Below, one piece after another: positions 20,521 to 30,738 of a stretch of 51,427 nt of DNA (within the stretch, counting starts at the first letter, position 1; each line of letters starts with the position of its first letter). This DNA is from Gammaproteobacteria bacterium. GTDB taxonomy: Bacteria > Pseudomonadota > Gammaproteobacteria > Arenicellales > Poriferihabitantaceae. The DNA is taken from positions 1-51,427 of the forward strand of contig JAALKB010000006.1 of NCBI GenBank assembly GCA_011088265.1, in the 5' to 3' direction. The notes below the pieces were generated by a model. The model did no database searches. It saw only the letters and a program-made list of their open reading frames with translations, and was not told the DNA's origin. The translations under genes and the position numbers were made by a program.

Positions 20521-20595
20521 ATGCTTTTTTATAGCTTTGTTTTTCGTAGCTCTGTCTTTCATAGTTCCGTCTTTAGTGACTTTGTCTTTCATGGG
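20521..20595. repeat. Degenerate 15-bp tandem repeat, 5 units
   Basis: atgcttttttatagc / tttgtttttcgtagc / tctgtctttcatagt / tccgtctttagtgac / tttgtctttcatggg. Confidence 0.65.
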
Positions 20596-20711
20596 TTTGC
20601 CGCCAATTGCTACTCTCGAACATGACTCTGACTAATAGCTATCTACTTCGCTGAGCTACCAACCTGGTAGAGACTTCGTAGCCCGATGTTGTCCTTCACC
20701 AATGGACGTTT

Positions 20712-21641
20712 TTACGACGGACTTCCACGCTTAATTGCCTGATCCATCGACACAATATGCTGAGCCATCCTAACTGAAGCAATGTCGATCATTTGACCAT
20801 CCAGCGAAACTGCCCCTCGCCCTTGCTGCGCTCCTTCCTTCATGGCAGAAATAATGCGGTAAGCACGATCAACCTCAATTGCCGGTGGTGTCATAATTTT
20901 GTTTGCTGGGGCTATTTGATTCGGATGAATAGCCCACTTACCCTCGAAACCCAAAATTGCAGCCCGTTGTAATTTTTCAACATAGGCTCGTTCATCCCTA
21001 TAGTTTCCAAACGCGGAGTCGATGGGGCGCAAACCATTCGCTCTAGCCGCGATAACAATTTTTTGCATAATATAGTGCCACTGGTCTCCCGGATATTCAG
21101 AACTATCCCCACCGATGGATGTCATTCTCGCTCGGCAACTCGCCGCAAAGTCCCCGGCACCAAAGTGCAGCGCCTCGAGTCGGTCACTACAGGCAGCAAT
21201 ACGCCCCAGGTTCTCTGCCCCGGCAGCGGTCTCAATCAATACTTCGATACCGATACTTTTTTCGAGATTAAGATGCATTTCCAGTTGATTCAGCAAATAG
21301 TCCAGCACCTTGACTTCAGTATCTTCATTTACTTTCGGTAGCAAAATGCAATCAATACTTTCTCCTGCATCTTCCACAATCTGAATTAGATCTTTGTACA
21401 TATGGGGAGTATTGACTGCATTAATTCGTACAACCATGCCCTTGTTTGTCGCTTTCCAGTCTTTTTCATTTAGCGCCTGAATTACGTTATCCCGAGCCTG
21501 CTGTTTGTCGTCCTCGGGAACTGAGTCCTCGCAATCCAACATGATCGTATCGGCCTCACTACGCAAAGCCTTGTCAAACATTCTCGGATTCATCCCTGGG
21601 ACAGACAACATGCTTCGCTGCAATCTGAAAGGTTTATTCAT
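20712..21641 (-). CDS. mcl: L-malyl-CoA/beta-methylmalyl-CoA lyase (CitE/HpcH superfamily)
   Basis: RS.LSVPG, LDCEDSV...K..AR, VRIN, LIETAAG, GAGDFAAS.RAR...IGG, LGFEGKWAIHP.Q and GRGAVSLDG.MIDIAS.RMA resemble the serine-cycle MclA. The start is uncertain (21641-21662). Confidence 0.8.
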   Translation of the reverse strand: MNKPFRLQRSMLSVPGMNPRMFDKALRSEADTIMLDCEDSVPEDDKQQARDNVIQALNEKDWKATNKGMVVRINAVNTPHMYKDLIQIVEDAGESIDCILLPKVNEDTEVKVLDYLLNQLEMHLNLEKSIGIEVLIETAAGAENLGRIAACSDRLEALHFGAGDFAASCRARMTSIGGDSSEYPGDQWHYIMQKIVIAARANGLRPIDSAFGNYRDERAYVEKLQRAAILGFEGKWAIHPNQIAPANKIMTPPAIEVDRAYRIISAMKEGAQQGRGAVSLDGQMIDIASVRMAQHIVSMDQAIKRGSPS

Positions 21642-21959
21642 TTTGAGATCAATCATTGTCATAACTAAAAAAGGCAAATGGAAACCACAAAGCTGCTGAA
21701 GTATTTAACACAGATCGCTCATCGCTATCAGTCATTGTTGTTGGTCCCTCGCCGTTGGTCCTTCGTTATCGGCCAGGTCAATTTAAATCTTCCATACCAA
21801 CCCAATTACCGGCTCAAAAATGACTCTAAGAAAATGGAACCGGCAGGTTGATCTAGCCGTGAAGAACAGGATAGAAGCCTCAATCCCGCCTCTCATTAAT
21901 TAGCAAATTTCTGTCACTCCACCTCGATGATCCTGTCTCAATAGTCATTCGCCAGTATC

Positions 21960-21991
21960 GAAAAAGCCGACTGCGATTAGTCGGCTTTTTC
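21960..21991. terminator. Rho-independent terminator downstream of fhs (bidirectional form)
   Basis: GAAAAAGCCGACT-gcgatt-AGTCGGCTTTTTC is a perfect stem with A/T tracts on both sides. Confidence 0.9.
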
Positions 21992-22040
21992 TTAACAACG
22001 CATTGCCCAATAACACATTAGGCAGTCAATCAATGGACAA

Positions 22041-23708
22041 TTAAAACAGTCCTTCCACATCGCCCTCGTCGTTGATTCGAATACGGTTTGCAGCCGGTGT
22101 GCGTGGCAATCCAGGCATCGTCATGATATCACCGCAAACAACCACAATGAATCCTGCTCCAGCAGATAAACGAACTTCACGTACAGGTAAAGTGTGGCCT
22201 GTCGGTGCGCCCTTTTTATTGGGGTCTGTTGAAAAGCTGTATTGAGTTTTTGCGATAGAAACAGGCAGGTTGCCGAATCCGCCCTCCTGAAGGTCCCGAA
22301 TCTGATTGAGCGTCTTCTGATCTGCGCTAATGCCATCAGCACGATATAAACGGGTAGCAATAGTTTCAATTTTTTCCAAAATGGGCATCTCACTCGGATA
22401 AAGTGGGCTAAAATCGCTCACGCCGCTGTCCGCTACCTTTGCCACTTCTTCAGCGAGTTCCATTGTACCTTTACCGCCTTCTGCCCAATGGTTGGCATCA
22501 ATGGCTTTCACACCATAGTCCGCAGTAAGTTCACGCACCGCAGCGATTTCAGCTTCAGTATCTGCACTAAACTGGTTAATTGCAACCACCACGGGAACAC
22601 CATAGGATTTAACATTCTCGATGTGACGGCCCAGGTTAACACACCCGTCCTTAACTGCTTGCACGTTTTCGTTACCTAACTCATCTTTTGCAACACCACC
22701 ATGCATTTTTAGAGCACGAACAGTGGCAACGATAACAACAGCATCTGGCGCCAGACCAGCACTTCGACATTTGATATCAAAGAATTTTTCTGCACCAAGG
22801 TCTGCACCAAACCCTGCTTCGGTAACAACATAGTCAGCCATTTTCATTGCGGCACGAGTCGCGATGACTGAGTTACAACCATGGGCGATATTTGCAAATG
22901 GACCGCCATGGATAAAGGCGGGATTATGCTCCAATGTTTGTACCAGATTGGGTGCTAGCGCTTCTTTTAACAATACTGTCATCGGACCGGGTCCCATAAC
23001 AGCTTCTGCCCTAATGGGCTTACGATCACGGGTGTATCCAACCACTATTTTGCTTAGTCGCTCCTCCAGATCCTGTAAGTTTTTTGACAAACAAAAAATA
23101 GCCATGACCTCGGAAGCTACGGTGATATCGAAGCCGTCTTCACGAGGATAGCCATTTGAAATACCACCCAGGGAACTAGTGATCTGTCGTAGAGAACGGT
23201 CATTCATATCCACAACTCGCCTCCAGGCTACACGCCGGCTATCGAATCCAGCCTCATTGCCCCAATATATGTGATTGTCAATCAACGCTGATAAAAGATT
23301 GTGCGCTGCACTAATCGCATGGAAGTCACCAGTAAAGTGCAAATTGATATCTTCCATTGGAATGACCTGGGCATACCCACCACCTGCAGCCCCCCCTTTC
23401 ATTCCAAAACAAGGACCAAGCGACGGCTCCCGCAAACACACCATGGCATCTTTGCCAATTTTATTCAGACCGTCGGTCAATCCAACCGATGTTGTGGTTT
23501 TCCCTACTCCAGCTGGAGTAGGGGTTATTGCTGTCACCAAAATCAGCTTGGCATCCGGTTTATCTTTCAGTGACTCAATATAATCCAAACTGACTTTTGC
23601 TTTAGTATGACCAAAGGGTGCCAGTGCATCATGGGGAATACCAAGTCTATCGGCAATTTCGGAAATCGGCTTGATGTGCGCCTTTCGGGCAATTTCTATG
23701 TCACTCAT
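22041..23708 (-). CDS. fhs: Formate--tetrahydrofolate ligase
   Basis: [70 protein letters not shown] and IMTMPGLP. Confidence 0.98.
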   Translation of the reverse strand: MSDIEIARKAHIKPISEIADRLGIPHDALAPFGHTKAKVSLDYIESLKDKPDAKLILVTAITPTPAGVGKTTTSVGLTDGLNKIGKDAMVCLREPSLGPCFGMKGGAAGGGYAQVIPMEDINLHFTGDFHAISAAHNLLSALIDNHIYWGNEAGFDSRRVAWRRVVDMNDRSLRQITSSLGGISNGYPREDGFDITVASEVMAIFCLSKNLQDLEERLSKIVVGYTRDRKPIRAEAVMGPGPMTVLLKEALAPNLVQTLEHNPAFIHGGPFANIAHGCNSVIATRAAMKMADYVVTEAGFGADLGAEKFFDIKCRSAGLAPDAVVIVATVRALKMHGGVAKDELGNENVQAVKDGCVNLGRHIENVKSYGVPVVVAINQFSADTEAEIAAVRELTADYGVKAIDANHWAEGGKGTMELAEEVAKVADSGVSDFSPLYPSEMPILEKIETIATRLYRADGISADQKTLNQIRDLQEGGFGNLPVSIAKTQYSFSTDPNKKGAPTGHTLPVREVRLSAGAGFIVVVCGDIMTMPGLPRTPAANRIRINDEGDVEGLF

Positions 23709-23899
23709 TATTTATCCAAATTAGATATTATTTTAATTATCAGGAAGAAGTGTCGTTCATGGGGAACCACTTTGACTCAAAGCTATCCACATTTCGACAG
23801 ATAAAATTGCAAATAGGATTTTATTGCATAAGATATATAAATAGCAGTATTTTTTTTCCAAATACTATTGTTTGCTTCTTCAGAAAGCCAAATTCTCCA

Positions 23900-26662
23900 C
23901 TACTGTACGGATTCAACCCGGGCTGCACAAAATTTAAACTCCGGAATCTTTCCAACCGGGTCCAATGCAGCATTGGTAAGGGTATTGGCTGCCGCTTCTG
24001 CATAACAAAATGGGATAAAGACTACATCATCAGGAACACCGGTATCAGACCGGGTTTTTAACTCGAGTATCCCCCGACGAGTGGAAACCCTGATTTTCTC
24101 CCCCGCTTCAATTTCCAGATCCATCAACATCTTCGGCGAGATACTGGCAACCGCTTCCGGCTCAATCTGATCGAGTACATCTGCCCTTCTTGTCATTGAG
24201 CCTGTATGCCAGTGCTCTAGCTGCCGCCCCGTAGTCAATATCATGGGATAGTCAACATCTGGCAACTCATCTGGAGGAATCACATCAGCTGGAACCAGTT
24301 TTGCTTTACCAGAAGGTGTTGGAAAGCCATTCGTGAAAACGATTTCACTACCAGGCTGATCCGGAGCCTGACAGGGGTAGGTAACCGCATCCTCCCGCTC
24401 AAGACGATCCCAGGAAATGTTATTGAGAGATGGCATAACCGTTCCCATTTCTGCAAACACATCTTTGGGATGCCCATAGCTCCAGTTGAGATCGAGTCTT
24501 TTGGCAATTTCCTGGGTAATCCACCAGTCCTGCTTTGAATCTCCGGGTAATGTCAACGCCTGTCGACCCAATTGAACCTGGCGATTAGTATTAGTTACCG
24601 TGCCATCTTTTTCTGGCCAGGCTGATGCGGGTAGAATCACGTCAGCATAAAACGCAGTCTCAGTGAGAAATAAGTCCTGCACGACCAAATGATCAAGCTC
24701 CGCCAGTGCATCTCTTGCATGTTGAACATCCGGATCAGACATCGCGGGATTCTCACCCATAATGTACATGCCTTTGATTTCATCATCATGGATGGCATGC
24801 ATAATCTCAACCACCGTAAGACCTCTCTGAGGATCCAGTTTCGTTCCCCAGGCGTCCTCAAACCGTGATCGAAGATCATCCACGTCCACCAATCTGTAAT
24901 CAGGCAACATCATTGGAATCAAACCCGCATCAGATGCTCCCTGCACGTTATTCTGCCCTCGTAGAGGATGCAACCCGGTTCCAGGTCGGCCGACCTGACC
25001 GGTGATCAGGGACAGCGCAATGAGACACCTTGCATTATCGGTTCCATGAACGTGTTGGGATATCCCCATACCCCAGAAAATAATAATTGAAGCCCTGGAA
25101 TTAGCATAGGTTCTCGCCACGGTCCTTAATGTCTTGGCATCAATCCCACAGATTGGTTCCATCTTCTCGGGAGTAAAATCGACGATGTGCTTCTTAAGGT
25201 TCTCAAAGCCTTCAGTGTACTGACTCACATATTGCTCATCGTACAACTCTTCCGTAATAATGACATTCAGCATGGCATTTAACATGGCGACATCCGATCC
25301 GGATTTGAATTGCAGCATATGCTTCGCATGCCGCTGGAATTCTGTCTTCCTCGGATCCATGATGATTAAGGTAGAATTTTTCGCAGCCTGCTTAAAGAAC
25401 GTCGCTGCAACAGGATGATTGGAAATAGGGTTTGCGCCAATTACGATCACACAATCTGAGTCTTTAACAGCGGTAAAAGGAGCAGATACAGCTCCCGAGC
25501 CCACACCTTCCAATAGTGCGGCAACTGAAGAAGCATGGCAAAGTCGGGTACAGTGATCGACATTATTCGTACCAAACCCGGTTCTTACCAACTTCTGGAA
25601 CAGGTAGGCTTCTTCGTTGGAACATTTCGCCGACCCAAAGCCCGCCAGAGCATTACTACCATGCTCATCCCGGATGCTTTTCAACCCACCGCCGGCCAAA
25701 TCCAGCGCTTCTTCCCAACTTGCTTCTCGAAAATGGGTCAATGGATTAGAGGGGTCGAGATCGATATCGCCTCTCTTCGTTGACTTATCTATCCTAATCA
25801 AGGGTTTAGTCAACCGGTGAGGGTGTTTAACATAGTCAAAACCGAATCGTCCTTTAACGCAAAGACGGTTCTGGTTCGCAGTCCCTTCCTTACCCCGAAC
25901 GGAAACAATGACATTATCCTTGACGTTATAGGTAAGTTGACACCCAACACCGCAATACGGACAAACGCTATCCGTTTGGGTCAATTCAGACGCTGGATTC
26001 GCGTATTTTGCAACTCCCTTGTCGTCCACCATATTCGTTTCCATTAATGCACCGGTTGGACAAGCCTGAACACATTCGCCACAGGCAACACAACTGCTAG
26101 CTCCCATGGCGTCGCCCTGATCAAAAACGATTTGTGATGTATGTCCTCGATTAGCCATACCAATAACATCATTTACCTGAACCTCTCTACAGGCGCGAAC
26201 ACAGAGGTTACATTGAATACAGGCATCCAGCGCCACCTGCATCGCTGGGTGGCTGATGTCCATGGCAGGAGCCTCTCTTGCCTCGAATCGACTGGACTCA
26301 ACATTAAGTTTATCCGCCCACTGCCATAAATGGGATTGCTTGTCATGAGCCACTTCCCGCTTAGGCTGATCGGTCACCAACAACTCCATCACCAGAGACT
26401 GAGCTTTTTTAGCCCGCTCGTTATTCGTTGTCACAATCATCCCTGGAGTGGGCTTTCTCAGACAGGAAGCGGCGAGAACCCGTTCTCCCTGAATTTCCAC
26501 CATACACGCCCGGCAATTCCCATCCGGGCGATAATCCGGCTTCGGTGCGTAGCAAAGATGTGGAATCTCCACAGAGTTGCGTTTAGCCACCCGCCAAATT
26601 GTTTCTTCCGGGCCAGCTTGAACCGTTGCTCCATCAATTGAAAACTCAATCAAATCGGACAT
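23900..26662 (-). CDS. fdhA: NAD-dependent formate dehydrogenase alpha subunit (Mo/W-bis-PGD, Cys ligand)
   Basis: N-terminal 2Fe-2S (IPHLC..GNCRAC..SC), two CxxCxxCxxxC, CPYCGVGC...LCVKGRFG, active site DHCTRLCHASS, LRGQNNVQG and C-terminal PEFKFCA. Confidence 0.96.
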   Translation of the reverse strand: MSDLIEFSIDGATVQAGPEETIWRVAKRNSVEIPHLCYAPKPDYRPDGNCRACMVEIQGERVLAASCLRKPTPGMIVTTNNERAKKAQSLVMELLVTDQPKREVAHDKQSHLWQWADKLNVESSRFEAREAPAMDISHPAMQVALDACIQCNLCVRACREVQVNDVIGMANRGHTSQIVFDQGDAMGASSCVACGECVQACPTGALMETNMVDDKGVAKYANPASELTQTDSVCPYCGVGCQLTYNVKDNVIVSVRGKEGTANQNRLCVKGRFGFDYVKHPHRLTKPLIRIDKSTKRGDIDLDPSNPLTHFREASWEEALDLAGGGLKSIRDEHGSNALAGFGSAKCSNEEAYLFQKLVRTGFGTNNVDHCTRLCHASSVAALLEGVGSGAVSAPFTAVKDSDCVIVIGANPISNHPVAATFFKQAAKNSTLIIMDPRKTEFQRHAKHMLQFKSGSDVAMLNAMLNVIITEELYDEQYVSQYTEGFENLKKHIVDFTPEKMEPICGIDAKTLRTVARTYANSRASIIIFWGMGISQHVHGTDNARCLIALSLITGQVGRPGTGLHPLRGQNNVQGASDAGLIPMMLPDYRLVDVDDLRSRFEDAWGTKLDPQRGLTVVEIMHAIHDDEIKGMYIMGENPAMSDPDVQHARDALAELDHLVVQDLFLTETAFYADVILPASAWPEKDGTVTNTNRQVQLGRQALTLPGDSKQDWWITQEIAKRLDLNWSYGHPKDVFAEMGTVMPSLNNISWDRLEREDAVTYPCQAPDQPGSEIVFTNGFPTPSGKAKLVPADVIPPDELPDVDYPMILTTGRQLEHWHTGSMTRRADVLDQIEPEAVASISPKMLMDLEIEAGEKIRVSTRRGILELKTRSDTGVPDDVVFIPFCYAEAAANTLTNAALDPVGKIPEFKFCAARVESVQ

Positions 26663-26663
26663 C

Positions 26664-28364
26664 TTATAGGTCCTCCTTAAAGTACTTTAAAACACAATTG
26701 ATCGGATTACCCGCAGCCTGGCCTAAACCACAAATAGAAGCATCCGTCATCACCGAGCTCAAATCATTCAACAAATCGACATCCCATTGAGGCTTAACCA
26801 TTACTTTTACTGCTTTTTCCGTGCCTACCCGGCAGGGGGTGCATTGGCCACAACTTTCGTCACGAAAAAATTCCATCAGGTTCAATGCCACCGACTTCAT
26901 ATTGTCTTCGTGGCTAAACACCACCACCGCCGCAGAACCAATAAAGCAACCATGTTTCTGTAGTGTGTCGAAATCTAATGGCTCATCCGCTAAAGACGCT
27001 GGTAGAATTCCCCCAGATGCACCACCTGGCAAATAGGCTTTGAAACGATGACCTTCCTGCATACCACCACAGTAGTTTTCGATCAATTCATTCATGGTTG
27101 TTCCCGCGGGAGCAAGTTTTACTCCAGGATTATTGACCCGACCTGAAACGGAGAACCTACGCCATCCTTTTCGACCATTCGCTCCTGCCTGGGAAAACCA
27201 TTCAGGCCCTTTCTCAACAATATCTCGTACCCAATATAGCGTTTCAACGTTGTTCTCAAGAGTCGGCTTACCGAACAAACCAATTTCAGCCACATAAGGA
27301 GGGCGGTTTCTCGGCAATCCCCGTTTACCTTCAATGGATTCAATCATGGCAGACTCTTCGCCACAGATATAGGCACCGGCTCCCCGTCGTACCTCTATCT
27401 CCACGTGATCTGCCAAACCCTTTTTCCTAGCGGCTCCGATTTCATTTTTCATTAGTGAAACGATGGCAGGATACTCATCACGAATATAAACGTAACTTTT
27501 TTCCGTGCCCGCAGCCCAGGCAGCAATCAGCATTCCTTCGATGAAACGATGAGGGTCGGTCTCAAGATAGTGGCGATCTTTAAAGGTACCTGGCTCACCT
27601 TCATCAGCATTCACAGCCATCATTCGGGGACCTTCAAAACTTCTCATAATGCCCCATTTTCGTCCGGTTGGAAAACCGGCCCCTCCCAAACCGCGCAGAG
27701 ATGAATCATCCAATGCCTGAATCACATTTTCAGGGCTAAGTTCACCAGACACACAGCGTTTTAGCAGTTGATATCCCCCGGCCTCAAGGTATTGATCCAA
27801 TGCAATATAGGTGGGGGTTGCGGGATGAGTATGCCCTTGATTCGCAGCATCCATTAAGGTATCAGCATCGGCATCACCAATGTGATTATGTCCTACTTCG
27901 GCAACAGGTGCACTATCGCACCGCCCCATACAAGGCGCTCGTAAGACCCGAATATTCGAAGCGGGCATGGCTTCCAGAGAACTAACCAGCTGTTCGGCAC
28001 CAGCCAGTTGACAGGCAATACTATCGCAAACACGAATGGTAGTTTGAGGCGGGGGGCTTTCACCCTCTTTAACCACATCAAAGTGTGCATAGAAAGTTGC
28101 CACCTCATATATCTCGGTTTGCGACAACTTCATGAGTGAAGCCAATGCAGCCAGGTGCCTGGAGGACAGGTGGCCATGAGCATCCTGAATAAGATGAAGA
28201 TACTCTATCAGTAGATCACGCCTTAGGGGTTCTTGTCCAACCAACGTCTGAACTTCGACCAATGCCGCTTGTTCTACCTGTCTACCCTTAAGAGCAGGGC
28301 GCATTTTCTTGCGACCACTACCGGGGTGTCCCCTTTTCATTGCAACGTGGATGACTGCACTCAT
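26664..28364 (-). CDS. fdhB: NAD-dependent formate dehydrogenase beta (diaphorase) subunit, NuoE-NuoF-like fusion
   Basis: EVATFY and CDSIAC...CMGRC (2Fe-2S), LRGLGGAGFPTG.KW, NADEGEPGTFKDR, GAGAYICGEE and ESCGQCTPCRVG...SICGLG (4Fe-4S). It abuts fdhA. Confidence 0.94.
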   Translation of the reverse strand: MSAVIHVAMKRGHPGSGRKKMRPALKGRQVEQAALVEVQTLVGQEPLRRDLLIEYLHLIQDAHGHLSSRHLAALASLMKLSQTEIYEVATFYAHFDVVKEGESPPPQTTIRVCDSIACQLAGAEQLVSSLEAMPASNIRVLRAPCMGRCDSAPVAEVGHNHIGDADADTLMDAANQGHTHPATPTYIALDQYLEAGGYQLLKRCVSGELSPENVIQALDDSSLRGLGGAGFPTGRKWGIMRSFEGPRMMAVNADEGEPGTFKDRHYLETDPHRFIEGMLIAAWAAGTEKSYVYIRDEYPAIVSLMKNEIGAARKKGLADHVEIEVRRGAGAYICGEESAMIESIEGKRGLPRNRPPYVAEIGLFGKPTLENNVETLYWVRDIVEKGPEWFSQAGANGRKGWRRFSVSGRVNNPGVKLAPAGTTMNELIENYCGGMQEGHRFKAYLPGGASGGILPASLADEPLDFDTLQKHGCFIGSAAVVVFSHEDNMKSVALNLMEFFRDESCGQCTPCRVGTEKAVKVMVKPQWDVDLLNDLSSVMTDASICGLGQAAGNPINCVLKYFKEDL

Positions 28365-28464
28365 TTTTAAGCTGACTCTCCGGGAGCAGGATATTTAAAC
28401 CAAAAAGCGGCCTATATTCTAGTTAATCGACACCTATAGAAATACCTATATACGACCAAACTCG

Positions 28465-29337
28465 TCACACGAGAACACTTTTCAGTGTGCTACCTAAAGA
28501 TGCAGGAGAATCAGCTACCGCAATACCCGCACTTTTAAGCGCCTCGATTTTATCATCGGCACACCCTTTCCCCCCTGCGATAATGGCGCCAGCATGCCCC
28601 ATTCGTCGCCCTGGAGGCGCAGTTACACCTGCTATAAAACCACATATTGGCTTTTTTGTAGAATTATGTTTAATAAAATCAGCCGCTTCTTCCTCCGCGG
28701 TTCCACCAATTTCACCGATCATAATGATGGATTCAGTTTTAGGGTCTTCAAGGAATAACTCAAGACAATCAATAAAGTTAGTGCCGTTCACCGGGTCGCC
28801 TCCAATGCCAATGCAGGTGGATTGCCCCATACCTTCCGCCGTAGTCTGGGCCACGGCTTCGTAAGTCAGGGTTCCTGACCGGGAAACAATCCCCACGCTA
28901 CCTTTTTTATGAATATGACGCGGCATAATTCCGATTTTACAAGCTTCGGGGGTAATGATACCTGGACAGTTTGGGCCAATTAGGCGGCTTGGGGAATTTT
29001 CCAATGCCCGCTTGACGGTCACCATATCCAGCACTGGGACCCCTTCAGTAATGCACACAATCAATGGAATCTGAGCGTCAATCGCTTCAAGAATAGCGTC
29101 CGCTGCAAAAGGCGGCGGGACATAGATCACCGACGCATTAGCACCAGTGGTAGTCACCGCTTCATCTACGGTATTAAACACTGGCAGATCAAGATGAACT
29201 TGCCCACCCTTCCCCGGCGTCACTCCGCCTACCATTCGGGTCCCATAGGCAATTGCCTGTTCGCTGTGGAAGGTTGCCTGGGATCCAGTAAAACCCTGAC
29301 AGATGACTTTCGTGGATTCGTTAACTAAAACAGACAT
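28465..29337 (-). CDS. sucD: Succinate--CoA ligase alpha subunit
   Basis: [41 protein letters not shown] and the phospho-His motif RMGHAGAI. Confidence 0.95.
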   Translation of the reverse strand: MSVLVNESTKVICQGFTGSQATFHSEQAIAYGTRMVGGVTPGKGGQVHLDLPVFNTVDEAVTTTGANASVIYVPPPFAADAILEAIDAQIPLIVCITEGVPVLDMVTVKRALENSPSRLIGPNCPGIITPEACKIGIMPRHIHKKGSVGIVSRSGTLTYEAVAQTTAEGMGQSTCIGIGGDPVNGTNFIDCLELFLEDPKTESIIMIGEIGGTAEEEAADFIKHNSTKKPICGFIAGVTAPPGRRMGHAGAIIAGGKGCADDKIEALKSAGIAVADSPASLGSTLKSVLV

Positions 29338-29348
29338 TAGATTTCTCC

Positions 29349-30527
29349 TTATTTCACAGTAGTGGAATTGTTGACCGCATCAACCACCTTTTGAGCAGCA
29401 TCAGCCAGGTTATTTGCAGAAACGATGGGGAGTCCTGACTCAGCCAGGATCGCTTTTCCCTTTTCCACATTGGTCCCTTCCAGACGCACCACCAAAGGGA
29501 CACCCAATTGCACTTCTTTTGCCGCTTTAATAATTCCTTCGGCGATGACATCACAACGCATGATCCCACCAAAAATATTAACCAGGATTCCTTTCACATT
29601 GGGGTCTGAGAGGATAATCTTGAATGCAATAGTGACTCGTTCCGCAGTAGCGCCTCCCCCAACGTCAAGAAAATTCGCAGGCGACTGGCCATATAACTGG
29701 ATAATATCCATGGTCGCCATGGCAAGCCCGGCGCCATTTACCATACAACCGATAGAACCATCCAGTTTGATGTAGTTCAGCTCGTGTTTATCTGCTTCGA
29801 TTTCTGCCGGATCCTCTTCGTCTTCGTCCCTTAGCTCCGCTACATTTTGATGCCGATACAGGGCATTACTATCGAAATTCATTTTTGCATCCAGCGCAAT
29901 CAAATCGCCATCTCCCTTAACCACCAGGGGATTAATTTCTACCATGCTGGCATCAAGCCTGGTAAATGCCTCATACATCGCCTGCAAAAATTTAACAGCG
30001 GAACGAATCTGCGCGCCTTCAAGCCCCAGACCAAATGCCAACTTCCGGGCATGATAAGGCTGTAGACCCGTGGCTGGATCAATGACCACGTTAATAATCT
30101 TTTCTGGCGATGTTTCCGCCACTTCCTCAATGTCCATGCCGCCTTCGGTAGACGCAATAATCGTCACACGACTGGTTCCCCGATCCACCAGTAACCCAAG
30201 GTATAGCTCCCGGGCGATATCGCAGCCTTCTTCAATATAGAGCCGCTTCACTTTCTGACCGATGGGACCAGTTTGATGTGTCACCAACTGCATACCCAGA
30301 ATGTCCCGGGAGGTGGATTCGAGCTTCTCCATACTATCAACTACTTTAACGCCGCCACCTTTACCGCGCCCACCCGCATGGATTTGAGCTTTAACCACCC
30401 AGATTGGGCCACCCAATGACCGGGCAGCTTCCACGGCTTCGTCAACAGTAAAGGCCACCTCGCCTCGTGGGACGGCGACGCCAAATTCAGCTAAAAGAGA
30501 TTTAGCCTGGTATTCGTGAATATTCAT
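29349..30527 (-). CDS. sucC: Succinate--CoA ligase beta subunit
   Basis: [54 protein letters not shown] and [10 protein letters not shown]. Confidence 0.95.
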   Translation of the reverse strand: MNIHEYQAKSLLAEFGVAVPRGEVAFTVDEAVEAARSLGGPIWVVKAQIHAGGRGKGGGVKVVDSMEKLESTSRDILGMQLVTHQTGPIGQKVKRLYIEEGCDIARELYLGLLVDRGTSRVTIIASTEGGMDIEEVAETSPEKIINVVIDPATGLQPYHARKLAFGLGLEGAQIRSAVKFLQAMYEAFTRLDASMVEINPLVVKGDGDLIALDAKMNFDSNALYRHQNVAELRDEDEEDPAEIEADKHELNYIKLDGSIGCMVNGAGLAMATMDIIQLYGQSPANFLDVGGGATAERVTIAFKIILSDPNVKGILVNIFGGIMRCDVIAEGIIKAAKEVQLGVPLVVRLEGTNVEKGKAILAESGLPIVSANNLADAAQKVVDAVNNSTTVK

Positions 30528-30738
30528 AAAATTTGATCTAAAACGGTTTGGTAAAAAGCATACCAGATGAAAAATAAAGAGCGCTATATTCTAACGCATT
30601 AAAGGGAAATTTATCGCTCTGAAACCCAACTTTGAAATAAACCACAGCCGGTGCCATGAGCATATTTAAGCATTAAGAGATCATTACAGATGACGTGTTC
30701 CTATCGGGTGAAATCACCCCTGTCCCATTGATAGATTT

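Noticed and set aside
20521-20595. Possible CRISPR array or REP elements among the short repeats
   Set aside because: The units are directly adjacent with no unique spacers, are unrelated between loci, and no cas genes are present.
23709-23899. ZTP (pfl) or THF riboswitch upstream of fhs
   Set aside because: The consensus elements of these riboswitches were not recognisable. Only a generic hairpin/palindrome is reported.
23900-26662. Selenocysteine-containing FDH
   Set aside because: The frame is uninterrupted and the metal ligand position is Cys (TRLCHAS), with no in-frame TGA.
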